From: a virus
Taxonomy: Duplodnaviria; Heunggongvirae; Uroviricota; Caudoviricetes
Reading direction: 5' to 3' (one strand)
Virus record (IMG/VR): IMGVR_UViG_3300005758_000043
Length of the DNA stretch: 44,150 nucleotides
Shown here: piece after piece, positions 8,575 through 18,060 of the stretch
Layout of the letters: each line of letters starts with the position of its first letter
How positions within the stretch are numbered: the stretch's first letter is position 1
Notes under the pieces: model-generated
Told to the model about the DNA's origin: nothing
Database searches by the model: none
The model's input: the letters and a program-made list of their open reading frames with translations, nothing else
Made by a program: the position numbers and the translations under genes

Positions 8575-9605
8575 TACCTTTTTTGATGTTTTGGACAACC
8601 TGAGTAATGACGTTTTTCGGCTTTACATCCCTCTGGGATTAGCGATTTATCAAATTCTTCTTTTAAATAAGATTTAACGTGTTTACCTTCTGCATTTATA
8701 ATTGCATAATATGTAAAATCAAATTTCATTGGGCAATGCCACATTGGAGTCCCATCTTTTTTGAGTTGGCCCTTTGATTTTGCAAATCCGCATTGAAGAG
8801 GTCCACTAAAAGAATTGTCAGATGGATATGGCTGACTTGCTGCAAAATTATTTATAGCATCTTGCTCAGAGAAATTATCAAGATATTGTTGAATTTCAGA
8901 CAACTGGTATTCAAAACCGTCCAAATCATCTTCTGAAATAGGACGCATTTGAATAACTCCATCAGACTCTGGATCTTGATCGTTTAAATCAAATTTGAGA
9001 AATAAAAATTCACTTACTCGATTATTGTATTCTGGATATAGATGTCTAGCTGCTAGGCTATACATATAATCCTGCAAATTATCACATATTTCTTTGCCCT
9101 TGAATTTTTGCTTGCTAGTCTTAAAATCTCTAATCAAAGCAAATTTATTCTTCTTATAAAGAAATAGTTTATCAATAAATCCTTTGATTTTATACTTTTT
9201 GTCATCAGTAGAGACAATAATTTCGAAATCTTTTTCAGAAAGAGAGTAAGTAGGTTTTCCGTTTTTAGTTCCATAGAAATCATACATCAAACCATTCAAA
9301 GTCATTTCTTTGATCAATTCGATATTTTCATCATCATCTACCTGCAATTTCTTAGCATGTTTTTTGATAAGTCGTTGAATAGATGGAACGCAAAATACAT
9401 CTTTCTCTTTAATAATTTTATTAAAGATCTTTTTTCTTTTAGTCTCACCAAGAAGTTCAAAAATCAAGTGGCAAATAGAACCTCTTTTTGCTCCATCATT
9501 TGAAGCATCTGGTAAGTTCAATTTATATTTGCACCAGTAAAGCCAACTGCAAGATTGAGCGGTTTTTATTCTGCTAGCAGATAATGGGGTTTCTGGTTCA
9601 TTCAT
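8571..9605 (-). CDS. PD-(D/E)xK exonuclease, Cas4/RecB/AddB-like
   Basis: LSASRIKTAQSCSW, GSICHLIFE, IKGFIDKL, IRDFKTSK and a C-terminal Cys cluster (QCGF..WHCPM..GC..GCP). The start is taken at ATG 9605. Confidence 0.85.
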   Translation of the reverse strand: MNEPETPLSASRIKTAQSCSWLYWCKYKLNLPDASNDGAKRGSICHLIFELLGETKRKKIFNKIIKEKDVFCVPSIQRLIKKHAKKLQVDDDENIELIKEMTLNGLMYDFYGTKNGKPTYSLSEKDFEIIVSTDDKKYKIKGFIDKLFLYKKNKFALIRDFKTSKQKFKGKEICDNLQDYMYSLAARHLYPEYNNRVSEFLFLKFDLNDQDPESDGVIQMRPISEDDLDGFEYQLSEIQQYLDNFSEQDAINNFAASQPYPSDNSFSGPLQCGFAKSKGQLKKDGTPMWHCPMKFDFTYYAIINAEGKHVKSYLKEEFDKSLIPEGCKAEKRHYSGCPKHQKRY

Positions 9606-10674
9606 GATTTGCAATTGTTTTTAGTAAAGACTCCACATCTTTTTGTTTAAAGAATGTCATGTATTTAGTAACGTATTGTTTGAGATCTTCCATATATTCT
9701 TTTCGATTCAACTCAAGACTATGCCACTGTTTAAGATCTGCGCCAGCCTGATGAGCTTCAAAGAAATCATTGTATGGATGTGGAGGAAGTTTAATTTCCA
9801 AAGATTCAAAATCAAAATAATTCCTAAGAGCCATTAGGATTTTAATTGTTCCGTTATATCCATGATTTGCCGCAGATCTAAAATCATTATTACCAGCGAT
9901 AGTAATTTTTTTAATTGGAGCGGAAATCAAATACGAAATAACTGCTGGACTGCATCCAATACCAAATGTAACAAGTGTGTTTTTAATACCCTGCTCATGC
10001 AAAGCGATGCTATCTCCAATACTTTCTACAAGAATTACTTCTTGGCAAGACTTAATAATTGAATCCACAGACTCATCATTTGGGATCATTGCTGGATAAA
10101 CCCAATTTCTTCTTTTTCCGAGGTGTTTCCATTTTGGCACTTGATCATTGCCTTCGTCAATTTTTCGACCACTAAAACCAATGATTTGCTTATGCTCGTT
10201 ATAGATTGGGAATACCATTCTTCGATACATTTTTCCCGCGCCCGCGAGTCCTGTCTTGTAAAACTTGAGAGTCTTTTCTGAGATATTCTTTTTTGTATAA
10301 AAATTATAATTTGGGAAAAGCTTCTGAAGTATTGATTCTGGATAAATTTCTTCCATTTCGATAGTTTCTTTTTTTGTATATACAAATTCGTCAGACTTCT
10401 TCAAAGAAGACAGAATTTGTTTTAATTTATTTTGATCTGAAGCGAGAGTTAATTGAAGTAATTTTTCAAATGGACTGGCTTTATTTCCAGAGGAGAAGTC
10501 TGTCCATACTCCAGAGTTTTTGTAAATCTGAATTGATGTATTATTTACCCCTCCCCTAAAAATAGCTCTTGTTCGCCAATGATTGCCAAAATCTAGCAAT
10601 TTATATCCAAGAGTTTCAAGCACAGATTGAATCTGCGATGGATCAATCGAAGTCTGGGATTTCGTCTCCGTCAT
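9598..10674 (-). CDS. DnaG-like DNA primase (Toprim) with degenerate zinc-binding domain
   Basis: RMVFPIYNEHKQIIGFSGRKI, PKWKH, Toprim VILVESIGDSIAL and GNND. It sits next to DnaB. Confidence 0.8.
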   Translation of the reverse strand: MTETKSQTSIDPSQIQSVLETLGYKLLDFGNHWRTRAIFRGGVNNTSIQIYKNSGVWTDFSSGNKASPFEKLLQLTLASDQNKLKQILSSLKKSDEFVYTKKETIEMEEIYPESILQKLFPNYNFYTKKNISEKTLKFYKTGLAGAGKMYRRMVFPIYNEHKQIIGFSGRKIDEGNDQVPKWKHLGKRRNWVYPAMIPNDESVDSIIKSCQEVILVESIGDSIALHEQGIKNTLVTFGIGCSPAVISYLISAPIKKITIAGNNDFRSAANHGYNGTIKILMALRNYFDFESLEIKLPPHPYNDFFEAHQAGADLKQWHSLELNRKEYMEDLKQYVTKYMTFFKQKDVESLLKTIANHE

Positions 10675-12151
10675 TTTCGTCTAGGTCTAGGTTGCCTTCT
10701 GCCGCTCTTGCAATATCTCGCAAATCGCCTCTTTCTGTGATGCAGAAGTTTTTAAATTCCAAATTGATAAAATTCTTTCTGAGTGTATCGCCAATTCTAA
10801 CTGGTTCAACAGCGCCTGCAATATCTTTGCCCAAGTGTCGAGCTTTGACGTTGATGAATTTATGAGTTCCAAATGAACGACCCTCTGTTTCAATTTCATC
10901 AGCAGTTTTATTTCTCAAAATAAACATGTGAGAACAAAATTGAGTAATTCGATCTGAAAGAGAAACAATACTTTCGTCATCAATAATATTTTGAGATTGG
11001 CGATTATTAGTGATACCGCTTCTATTTGATTGGACAGAAGTAATCATTGGAATAATAGGATTGCCTTCATGCAAGATTTCTTTTTGAATGCATTTTTTAA
11101 ATTTATCGACCATTTCGCCAACAACCTGCCATTCATTTTTGCCGCCAGCGGCTTCTGAAGTTGTTTTAATATAGTCAAATGAGAAAATCATTTTATTTCC
11201 TCTGCCTACTTTGCCATAGTAAAATCTTCTTAAAACTTTAAGCATCGAATCGACATCCATTCCACCCACATTATAGTAGAAGAATTTCATCTTTTTGATT
11301 TTTGGCCAAGCATCACGAACCTTATTCACAATATCCTGACCAGCCCTACGCCAATCTCCAGTTTCAAGCAAATGCATGGGAACTCCAGTGATTGCCGCGC
11401 ACTGACGCATGATCAATTCTTCCTTGCTCATTTCTCCGTTGTCGAAGTGTAGAACTGGAACGTCGTATTTGATTGCGACTTTGGTGCTGTAATCCATGCA
11501 CCACTGCGTCTTTCCGACACCAGAACGAGCAACAACAACAGTAATATTTCCAGGGCGCAGAAGAGAACCATAAATTTCATTGATCTTTGGGTGCGGCCCC
11601 ATCATACCAAATTCTTTGATAGGATTATTTCCTCTTTCTTCGATCAATGCCTCCATTTCCTCATAAATATTCTCAGGAACATCGTTACCAATCTCATACA
11701 GATTAATACGAGAATTATAAACATTATCGGCCTGCTCGATAATTTGAGAATAAGGAGTTTCTGGCCCAATAGACTTCATCTTCTTCGCCACTTCTTGAGC
11801 GGACTCAAAGATTTCGCGGCGAATAGTAAATTTTTTCAGTTCACGGGCAGTCTTTAAAAGATTGCCCTTGGGAACTTTTCTCAAAGCTAGAGAACGGATA
11901 TAATCAGCAGGATTAACTCGATCTTCAAAAGAGAGTCCTAAAGATCCTACACGTTGAGCAATAATAACTTCGTCAATCTGCTCCCCAGCATCAATTGACT
12001 GTTTAATAATTGTAAAAATGGTGCTGTGTAAATTCGAATCTTCAGAATAAAAATCCCGAGAGTTAATGAAATTAGAAATTTCGGAATAACTCTCAGGTTC
12101 TTTGATTAGAGCAGCAAGAAGTTGTTTTTCTAGCTCAAGATTATAGATCAT
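10643..12151 (-). CDS. dnaB: DnaB-family replicative helicase
   Basis: N-terminal LEKQLLAALI, Walker A ARSGVGKT, GEMSKEEL, FDYIK and SVQSNR. Confidence 0.9.
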   Translation of the reverse strand: MIYNLELEKQLLAALIKEPESYSEISNFINSRDFYSEDSNLHSTIFTIIKQSIDAGEQIDEVIIAQRVGSLGLSFEDRVNPADYIRSLALRKVPKGNLLKTARELKKFTIRREIFESAQEVAKKMKSIGPETPYSQIIEQADNVYNSRINLYEIGNDVPENIYEEMEALIEERGNNPIKEFGMMGPHPKINEIYGSLLRPGNITVVVARSGVGKTQWCMDYSTKVAIKYDVPVLHFDNGEMSKEELIMRQCAAITGVPMHLLETGDWRRAGQDIVNKVRDAWPKIKKMKFFYYNVGGMDVDSMLKVLRRFYYGKVGRGNKMIFSFDYIKTTSEAAGGKNEWQVVGEMVDKFKKCIQKEILHEGNPIIPMITSVQSNRSGITNNRQSQNIIDDESIVSLSDRITQFCSHMFILRNKTADEIETEGRSFGTHKFINVKARHLGKDIAGAVEPVRIGDTLRKNFINLEFKNFCITERGDLRDIARAAEGNLDLDENDGDEIPDFD

Positions 12152-12156
12152 ACCAA

Positions 12157-12184
12157 ATCATATTCAATTACCTCAAATTGTCAA
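12157..12184 (-). promoter_or_regulatory. sigma70-like promoter directly upstream of dnaB
   Basis: TTGACA (12184-12179), 16 nt, TATGAT (12162-12157), then 5 nt and the ATG at 12151. Confidence 0.55.
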
Positions 12185-12598
12185 TCATAAAATGACCCCA
12201 AAACTTTCGAACAATTCAGTAGAAACTAAATCATTTGGATATATCTCCACAAGAGAGATTCCATTGACTTCGCAAAAGCGCATTTTTTTATCATCTCTTT
12301 TTAATTGTTCTAAATATTTGAAACGACTGCCATGAAAGAATTTGACATATTTAGTGTGCTGTTGGCCTTGAACTTCTACTGCAATTTTTTTATTTGCATT
12401 ATAAAAGTCAAATGACATTCTTGTGCCAACCAACTTTAATTCTTCAAAAACAATGTCAGTTTTCCAAAATGGGAAAAGAAACTCTTTGACGGAATATTGG
12501 AATTTGCTTCTGCTTTTGCCATTCCAATCAATCAAAAATCTTTTGGCATTTTTTAATTCAGCAGTCGATCCAGTGAGCGTTTTAAACTTCATTGGCAA
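12185..12598 (-). CDS. DUF559/Vsr-like PD-(D/E)xK endonuclease
   Basis: SKFQ..VKEFL, MSFDFY, IAVEVQGQQH and RDDKKMRFCEVNGISLVEI. Confidence 0.75.
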   Translation of the reverse strand: MPMKFKTLTGSTAELKNAKRFLIDWNGKSRSKFQYSVKEFLFPFWKTDIVFEELKLVGTRMSFDFYNANKKIAVEVQGQQHTKYVKFFHGSRFKYLEQLKRDDKKMRFCEVNGISLVEIYPNDLVSTELFESFGVIL

Positions 12599-13715
12599 TA
12601 GCTTTCTTAAAATATGAAACTAAGAAATCGCACAGTGGTTTGTTATTTTCGATATAAGCAAATAATGCATCTTGTCCTTGAATCTTTTCGAATTTATCGA
12701 AACCATTTTCCCGTAGCAATTCATCAAATTCTTCTGTCGCAGAAATCCACGCACTTTTTCTAATCAAGAACTCCCATAAAAATAAAAGATCAACGACTTC
12801 CTTTTCAATCCAAACAGAATTGCCATTTGTTCGACCATACTTGATTGGATATGGAATTGTCAAATTAGTTTTTTCATTAGGAGATTTTTTGACAGTAACT
12901 TTCGCGTAATGACCAATTGGAGGGTTATTTGTAGCATCAATAACTTTATCAGCAGGATTTTTGAGAATAAGATCGCCCTTGAATCTAGGCTCAAATTCTA
13001 AAATAAAGTTCGCAAAGTGAAGAAGAGCATTACCTCCAGTAGCAGAAGTTTGTCGAACAGGAGCTTTAGAATATGGATCTAATTTAATATCAGCGCGAAC
13101 TTGACTAATAAAAATAGCCAAATGCCCGCGCTTTGCTAAAGCAATCGACAATCTCTTCATAAAATTTGCAGCGATGACTGCGCCACCAGCAACTTTATTT
13201 GAGTCCTCAAATCCCTTATCAAGATCTCCCTTAGAAATCAATCCATCCACAGAATCAAGCAAAAAGAAATACACATTGCCTTCATCATTTTTAGCAACCA
13301 ATTGGCGCATAGCATCGACAACTGTTTCATAAATATTACTTTCAAATACAAAGCAAGTTCCTTCAACCCATTCATCGGCATTAAAGACAAAATTCACGCC
13401 CGATCTTTCACGCATTTCTTTAGAAAGTCGCCCTTCAGCCTTGATATAAAAACCTTTTGATTTGGGAATATTTGCCAAAAAGTTTTTCATAAAGGATAGC
13501 GCAGAACTAGTTTTGCCTCCCTCATTCATACCGCAAAATCGGTGAAGACCTGGACCTAATCCGCCGCCTAAATGAAGATCTAGCTGCAAAGATCCACTAG
13601 ATACTTTGTAGTCGATTTCTTGTTCGAAATTATAATGATCTTGAGAATTTTGCTTCAAGAACGAACTAAGAATATCGCTTGATTTTTGAATTTCTTTTTC
13701 TTTAGTCTTGCTCAT
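12582..13715 (-). CDS. recA: RecA/UvsX-like recombinase
   Basis: VSSGSLQLDLHLGGG, Walker A GMNEGGKT, Walker B LLDSVDGL, FISQVR and ATGGNALLHFA. Confidence 0.88.
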   Translation of the reverse strand: MSKTKEKEIQKSSDILSSFLKQNSQDHYNFEQEIDYKVSSGSLQLDLHLGGGLGPGLHRFCGMNEGGKTSSALSFMKNFLANIPKSKGFYIKAEGRLSKEMRERSGVNFVFNADEWVEGTCFVFESNIYETVVDAMRQLVAKNDEGNVYFFLLDSVDGLISKGDLDKGFEDSNKVAGGAVIAANFMKRLSIALAKRGHLAIFISQVRADIKLDPYSKAPVRQTSATGGNALLHFANFILEFEPRFKGDLILKNPADKVIDATNNPPIGHYAKVTVKKSPNEKTNLTIPYPIKYGRTNGNSVWIEKEVVDLLFLWEFLIRKSAWISATEEFDELLRENGFDKFEKIQGQDALFAYIENNKPLCDFLVSYFKKAIANEV

Positions 13716-14052
13716 TTAAAAATTGTTTAATTGTTTTCACTGGCATCTTGACTTCAATATCTTCGCCAGTTTTATCTCCAAGATTATAACTCTCATAACG
13801 AGAAAGATCAATACAATAATTGAAAGCTCGAAACTTTTGATCCATTGTTTCTTTCAATTTATCAGAAACTATATAGGCTAAAGAGTCAAATTTTCTATCA
13901 AAAGAAACGATATTCATGAACTCTAAAGAATACCGCTCACAAAGATCATTCAAAAATTTCATCTCTCGCATATAAAACATACGCTTGTCCCTAAGAGGAA
14001 CAAGCGTGAGTCGAGCAAGAATATGTTTTTTATTAATCTTAGACTTGGCCAT
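13702..14052 (-). CDS. hypothetical protein
   Basis: A 116-aa ORF that overlaps both neighbours in the same operon. Confidence 0.7.
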   Translation of the reverse strand: MAKSKINKKHILARLTLVPLRDKRMFYMREMKFLNDLCERYSLEFMNIVSFDRKFDSLAYIVSDKLKETMDQKFRAFNYCIDLSRYESYNLGDKTGEDIEVKMPVKTIKQFLNEQD

Positions 14053-15127
14053 GCTCTAGCATATCATGCCTTACCATTTTGTCAACTAATTGTTTGAAAG
14101 AAGTTTTTGGCGACCAACCAAGTTCTTCGCGAGCTTTTTCAGAATCTCCATAAAGGATGTCAACTTCGGCTGGGCGATAAAAATTTTGATTGATTGCCAT
14201 CAACAACCTACCAGTTTCTTTATGCAAGAACATTTCATTTAGTCCTGTGCCTTGCCAGTAGCCTTCGATACCTGCTGCGGCGAATGCCAATTCAACAAAT
14301 TCGCGAACGCTGTGGGTTTCATTAGACGAAAGAACATATTCACGCAATTGTTTGCTGTAATCAGGATCAAGACTCCAAGATCTAGAAAATTCTCTATAGT
14401 AATCTTGATTCAACATTCTCCAAACACCATCAACAAAATCTTCTGCATCACTCCAATCTCTTGTAGAATCAATATTACCAAGTTCTAAGAGATCATAAGC
14501 TTCTGATGCGTCTATTGCTTTTTTAATACGAGCGACAGCTTTAGTGATTTTTCGAGTAACAAATTCTTCTCCTCTGCGAGTTCCTTCGTGGTTAAAGAGC
14601 CATCCTTGAACTGCATATATGCCATAAGACTCTCTATAAACTTTTACAAGATGTCTTGCTGAAGCTTTAGCTGCTCCATAAGGGCTACGCGGACGAAGAG
14701 GATGAGATTCTGATTGAGGCATAGTCACAACATCTCCAAACTCCTCAGAAGAGCCAGCATTGTAATAACGGCATTGCGGAGCAAACTTACGAATAGCTTC
14801 AAGCTGATAAAGAACAGCCATACAATTTGTTACCATATGATTCACTGGCATTGTCCAACTATTGCCGACGAAAGAATTCGCAGCAAAATTAATAAAATAA
14901 TGCGGCTGCTCTGTTCTAATAACCTCTTCAACATTTTGTGGATCTGTGATGTCTAGATCAATTAATCTAAATCTTGGATTACCAATAAGATGCTTAATGT
15001 TTTTATGATTAGGAACACTCAAACGTCTTACAGCCGCAACAACAATATGATTAGTATTCTCTAAAAGATAGTCTGCCATAAAGCTGCCATCTTGACCTGT
15101 AACTCCTGTAATAATTACTTTTTTCAT
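14039..15127 (-). CDS. gmd: GDP-mannose 4,6-dehydratase
   Basis: ITGVTGQDGSF, NFAANSFV, AGSSEEFG, SPYGAAK, LFNHEG, GEEFVTRKIT, LGNIDSTRDW and YRPAEVDILYGD. Confidence 0.95.
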   Translation of the reverse strand: MKKVIITGVTGQDGSFMADYLLENTNHIVVAAVRRLSVPNHKNIKHLIGNPRFRLIDLDITDPQNVEEVIRTEQPHYFINFAANSFVGNSWTMPVNHMVTNCMAVLYQLEAIRKFAPQCRYYNAGSSEEFGDVVTMPQSESHPLRPRSPYGAAKASARHLVKVYRESYGIYAVQGWLFNHEGTRRGEEFVTRKITKAVARIKKAIDASEAYDLLELGNIDSTRDWSDAEDFVDGVWRMLNQDYYREFSRSWSLDPDYSKQLREYVLSSNETHSVREFVELAFAAAGIEGYWQGTGLNEMFLHKETGRLLMAINQNFYRPAEVDILYGDSEKAREELGWSPKTSFKQLVDKMVRHDMLEHGQV

Positions 15128-15951
15128 TGATAAAAATGTTTCAAAAAATATTCAATTAGTTGATTTGGGCTAAATTCGAATCCTTTTAAATTCTGGATGA
15201 TACTATCGCAAGATTGAATAATTTCAACATCTTTTGGGGTTCCTAAACAGAAATAATTTTCAGATGGGAAATGTTTAACTTTTAATCCATTTTGAATCAT
15301 TAAATTAAAAGGCATGGTTACATAAAATTCATTGTTTACCCGAATATTTTTCTCTACCAATGCATTAAAATATTTTTTCATTATGCCCCCAGTTTTAAAA
15401 AAATAAATTCCACTAGAAGCATATTCATTCATTGGGTTGTCCGTATAAAACTCTTTTTCTTTAATTTCGAGGACATCATTATTATCTGAAACCTTCATAT
15501 AAGCAAAATAATTATTATGAATTCTATGAGGATGCCAATCTTTATGAGAAGCTATTAATCCATGACAATTCTCAGATCTTGCAAATTCTATAAATTTTGA
15601 AAAATCCCAATTAATAAATAAATCACAATAACAAATAACTATTTCTTCGTCTTGAGGAATAAGATCATACGCCTGCTGGACAGAGAAAACTGGCCCTAAA
15701 AAGTGATCATCGATAATAATAATTGACGAATTTGGAAATTTATTAACTAAAACATTGTCAATATTAAAATTTTTTATGTCACTTTTTTTTGTGATGAAAA
15801 TATAATCAGAGTAATCTTCCTCATTTTCATACACAGACTTAACAGCTTTTTCAATAACCAAGGAATCAGAAATTTTAATTAAAGGTTTAATTGGAAATCC
15901 TTTTTCCGTAAATCTATTGCTATGCCCAGATAAAATAATAATTTTCTTCAT
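15124..15951 (-). CDS. sugar-phosphate nucleotidyltransferase-like (GT-A/NTP_transferase fold) protein
   Basis: ILSGHSNRF..KGFPIKPLI, ICYCD, IKEK, ASSGIYFFK, NNEFYV and CLGTPKD. Confidence 0.75.
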   Translation of the reverse strand: MKKIIILSGHSNRFTEKGFPIKPLIKISDSLVIEKAVKSVYENEEDYSDYIFITKKSDIKNFNIDNVLVNKFPNSSIIIIDDHFLGPVFSVQQAYDLIPQDEEIVICYCDLFINWDFSKFIEFARSENCHGLIASHKDWHPHRIHNNYFAYMKVSDNNDVLEIKEKEFYTDNPMNEYASSGIYFFKTGGIMKKYFNALVEKNIRVNNEFYVTMPFNLMIQNGLKVKHFPSENYFCLGTPKDVEIIQSCDSIIQNLKGFEFSPNQLIEYFLKHFYQ

Positions 15952-16760
15952 ATCATATTAGAATGTTTTAGGATTTTAATTAATTGATTTTTATAAGGCT
16001 CAAATGGACGCATGCAATGTATATCGATATATTCATTATTTTTGAGTCTATTTAAATCATATTGGTAATCTCCATTGAAGGATGCTCGATCAATCCTATG
16101 ACCATTTCCACATGGAGAATCCATATAAGAGAAACCCTTGAACTTTAAATTATGGTTTAATATTTTATTCCTAATTAATTCTGATGAATAATTTTCTTCA
16201 GCACACCAATAATATTGATCTTGATTTAAAAAACTATTACCCTTCCACAGATTAAATCCTAAACCATATTTTTGCTGATCTACAATAAATTTAACTTCTT
16301 CTTCAATAGAAGACATTCTATTATATACTTGAGTGAAAAGACTGCCTTTTGCAATGTGATAGTGCGCTGGCAAATCACCTCCATCGCTCCATCTTTTTGC
16401 CCCGCATCCTTCGCAGTTCATATGTAAATAATAATCGTCGCTGACATTAGAAATGGAATCGGTTATCCATGCCTTTTGCAAAAAAAACATGTCTATATCT
16501 CCAAGAAACCAAGTAGTATCCTCTTCAAGAGATGGGTAGAAAAATTTAGACCAAGTAATTTGCAATACCTTTGGCAAAGATTGATCGAATTTTTTTTCTA
16601 TAATATCTCCATATTTATCGGACATGTTTGTTTTTTTAACATCTCCATATAAAATACATATAGGATCAATATTAAATTTTTCCTTAAGAATTTGTGATTG
16701 CAAATTCCAAAAATCGCTGTATTCTTCCGAAGTAGAAAATATTGCTTTTTGTATTTTCAT
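15948..16760 (-). CDS. putative glycosyltransferase-like protein
   Basis: DxD-type FLGDIDMFFL. The start is taken at ATG 16760, which forms an ATGA overlap with the upstream stop. The gene lies in the sugar-modification cluster. Confidence 0.5.
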   Translation of the reverse strand: MKIQKAIFSTSEEYSDFWNLQSQILKEKFNIDPICILYGDVKKTNMSDKYGDIIEKKFDQSLPKVLQITWSKFFYPSLEEDTTWFLGDIDMFFLQKAWITDSISNVSDDYYLHMNCEGCGAKRWSDGGDLPAHYHIAKGSLFTQVYNRMSSIEEEVKFIVDQQKYGLGFNLWKGNSFLNQDQYYWCAEENYSSELIRNKILNHNLKFKGFSYMDSPCGNGHRIDRASFNGDYQYDLNRLKNNEYIDIHCMRPFEPYKNQLIKILKHSNMI

Positions 16761-17299
16761 TTTGAGATTTGTATATAAAACGATGGGCAACCATCTTTTG
16801 CAATATATTTAATTTTTTGATTAAACTTTTCGCAAAATATTTTAACAGCATATTCTACTTGGTAATGGTAATCATGACCCATAATAATGCCACCATTTTT
16901 TATTTTTTCGTAAGATAAGCATAGGTCATCATATACAGCTTGAGCGGTATGATCGCCATCGATATAAATAGCATCAAAAAAATTATTCTCACAACTTAAT
17001 AAAAAAGACACAGATTTAGATCTGACAATATGAATTGATGGATCATCTTTATATTGTTGGTATAAATTTAAATAAATAGCTTCCATATCATCAATCTCAT
17101 AATGATTATTGCCATCTTTATCTCCCGATCCATACTTTCCAGTCCAAATATCAACTAAGTATAAATTTTTTGGATTGCATCTAGAAATAATTTCTCTTGA
17201 GAAATCTCCAACAAACACTCCAATTTCTAATATATTAGAATTTTTTGGCACCAGATCTAAAAGATCTGTTCTTGTATCGTAATAAACAATTTCGCTCAT
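16757..17299 (-). CDS. class I SAM-dependent methyltransferase (Methyltransf_24-like)
   Basis: ILEIGVFVGDFS, LYLVDIW, FDAIYIDGDHT and GGIIMGHDY. Confidence 0.85.
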   Translation of the reverse strand: MSEIVYYDTRTDLLDLVPKNSNILEIGVFVGDFSREIISRCNPKNLYLVDIWTGKYGSGDKDGNNHYEIDDMEAIYLNLYQQYKDDPSIHIVRSKSVSFLLSCENNFFDAIYIDGDHTAQAVYDDLCLSYEKIKNGGIIMGHDYHYQVEYAVKIFCEKFNQKIKYIAKDGCPSFYIQISK

Positions 17300-17301
17300 A
17301 T

Positions 17302-18060
17302 TTATTTAAAATATCTTGGATATAAAAATCTATAGATTGAATTTAAAACATCTCCATCATACTGTTCTGGATAAAAATGTTTTACTGAAATGAAATCTCC
17401 AAATTCGTAATCTTTTTGAGCACAAAATTCTGGATATAAATCATTTTTCAATAATTCAATAGATAATATTGATTGATCATTTCTATGATACAAACATTCA
17501 GTATTTTTTCCATCTGGATTTTGAATATGTGGATAAGGACCGCTCAATTTTTCATCCAAACAAAGCGATAGAATTGTTTTTAAAAATTCAATGTTTTTGG
17601 ATGTGGATTTGTAACCTTGAAATCCAGCCCAAATTTGGGAACAGTTTAAATATTTGAATCCATTGAGTTCTTTTATGCATTTAACAGTTGTCCAATTTTT
17701 AATCAAAAATTGTCCAGATTTATAAGGCAAAATAAAACAATCGTTATGAAAATATTTATCAATAGCGCAAAAGCTTTTCTTTATTAAATGAGTCGAATCT
17801 GTATATAAAACAACATCAGAAGTTTCCAATTCTTTTAAAATTGCCCAATATTTATAAGCAAATAAAAAAATATCATTCAAATTTTTTGGATGATCTGGTA
17901 TATATTTTACATTGATAAATTCGGGAATTTTTATATTAATTTCTTTACCTATAAAATATAGACAATGATTAATGTCTGGATTGACCAGATATGAACTTTC
18001 TAAACATAAAACAGCTTTATTTAGAAATTTTAAATTACAACATGTGATTAAGCTGGTCAT
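17302..18060 (-). CDS. putative glycosyltransferase
   Basis: FAYKYWAIL, VLYTDS and HRNDQSILS, a pattern typical of viral GT-A-like proteins. Cluster context supports it. Confidence 0.6.
   Translation of the reverse strand: MTSLITCCNLKFLNKAVLCLESSYLVNPDINHCLYFIGKEINIKIPEFINVKYIPDHPKNLNDIFLFAYKYWAILKELETSDVVLYTDSTHLIKKSFCAIDKYFHNDCFILPYKSGQFLIKNWTTVKCIKELNGFKYLNCSQIWAGFQGYKSTSKNIEFLKTILSLCLDEKLSGPYPHIQNPDGKNTECLYHRNDQSILSIELLKNDLYPEFCAQKDYEFGDFISVKHFYPEQYDGDVLNSIYRFLYPRYFK

Noticed and set aside
8571-9605. CRISPR-Cas system implied by a Cas4-like nuclease
   Set aside because: No repeat-spacer array and no other cas genes were seen in the window.
2331-15127. Bacterial chromosome origin suggested by dnaE, dnaB, recA, clp and gmd
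   Set aside because: These genes are divergent, compacted with overlaps and co-located with tape measure, tube and neck genes, dUTPase and dNMP kinase. No ribosomal, envelope or central-metabolism genes are present. The pattern fits a large phage.
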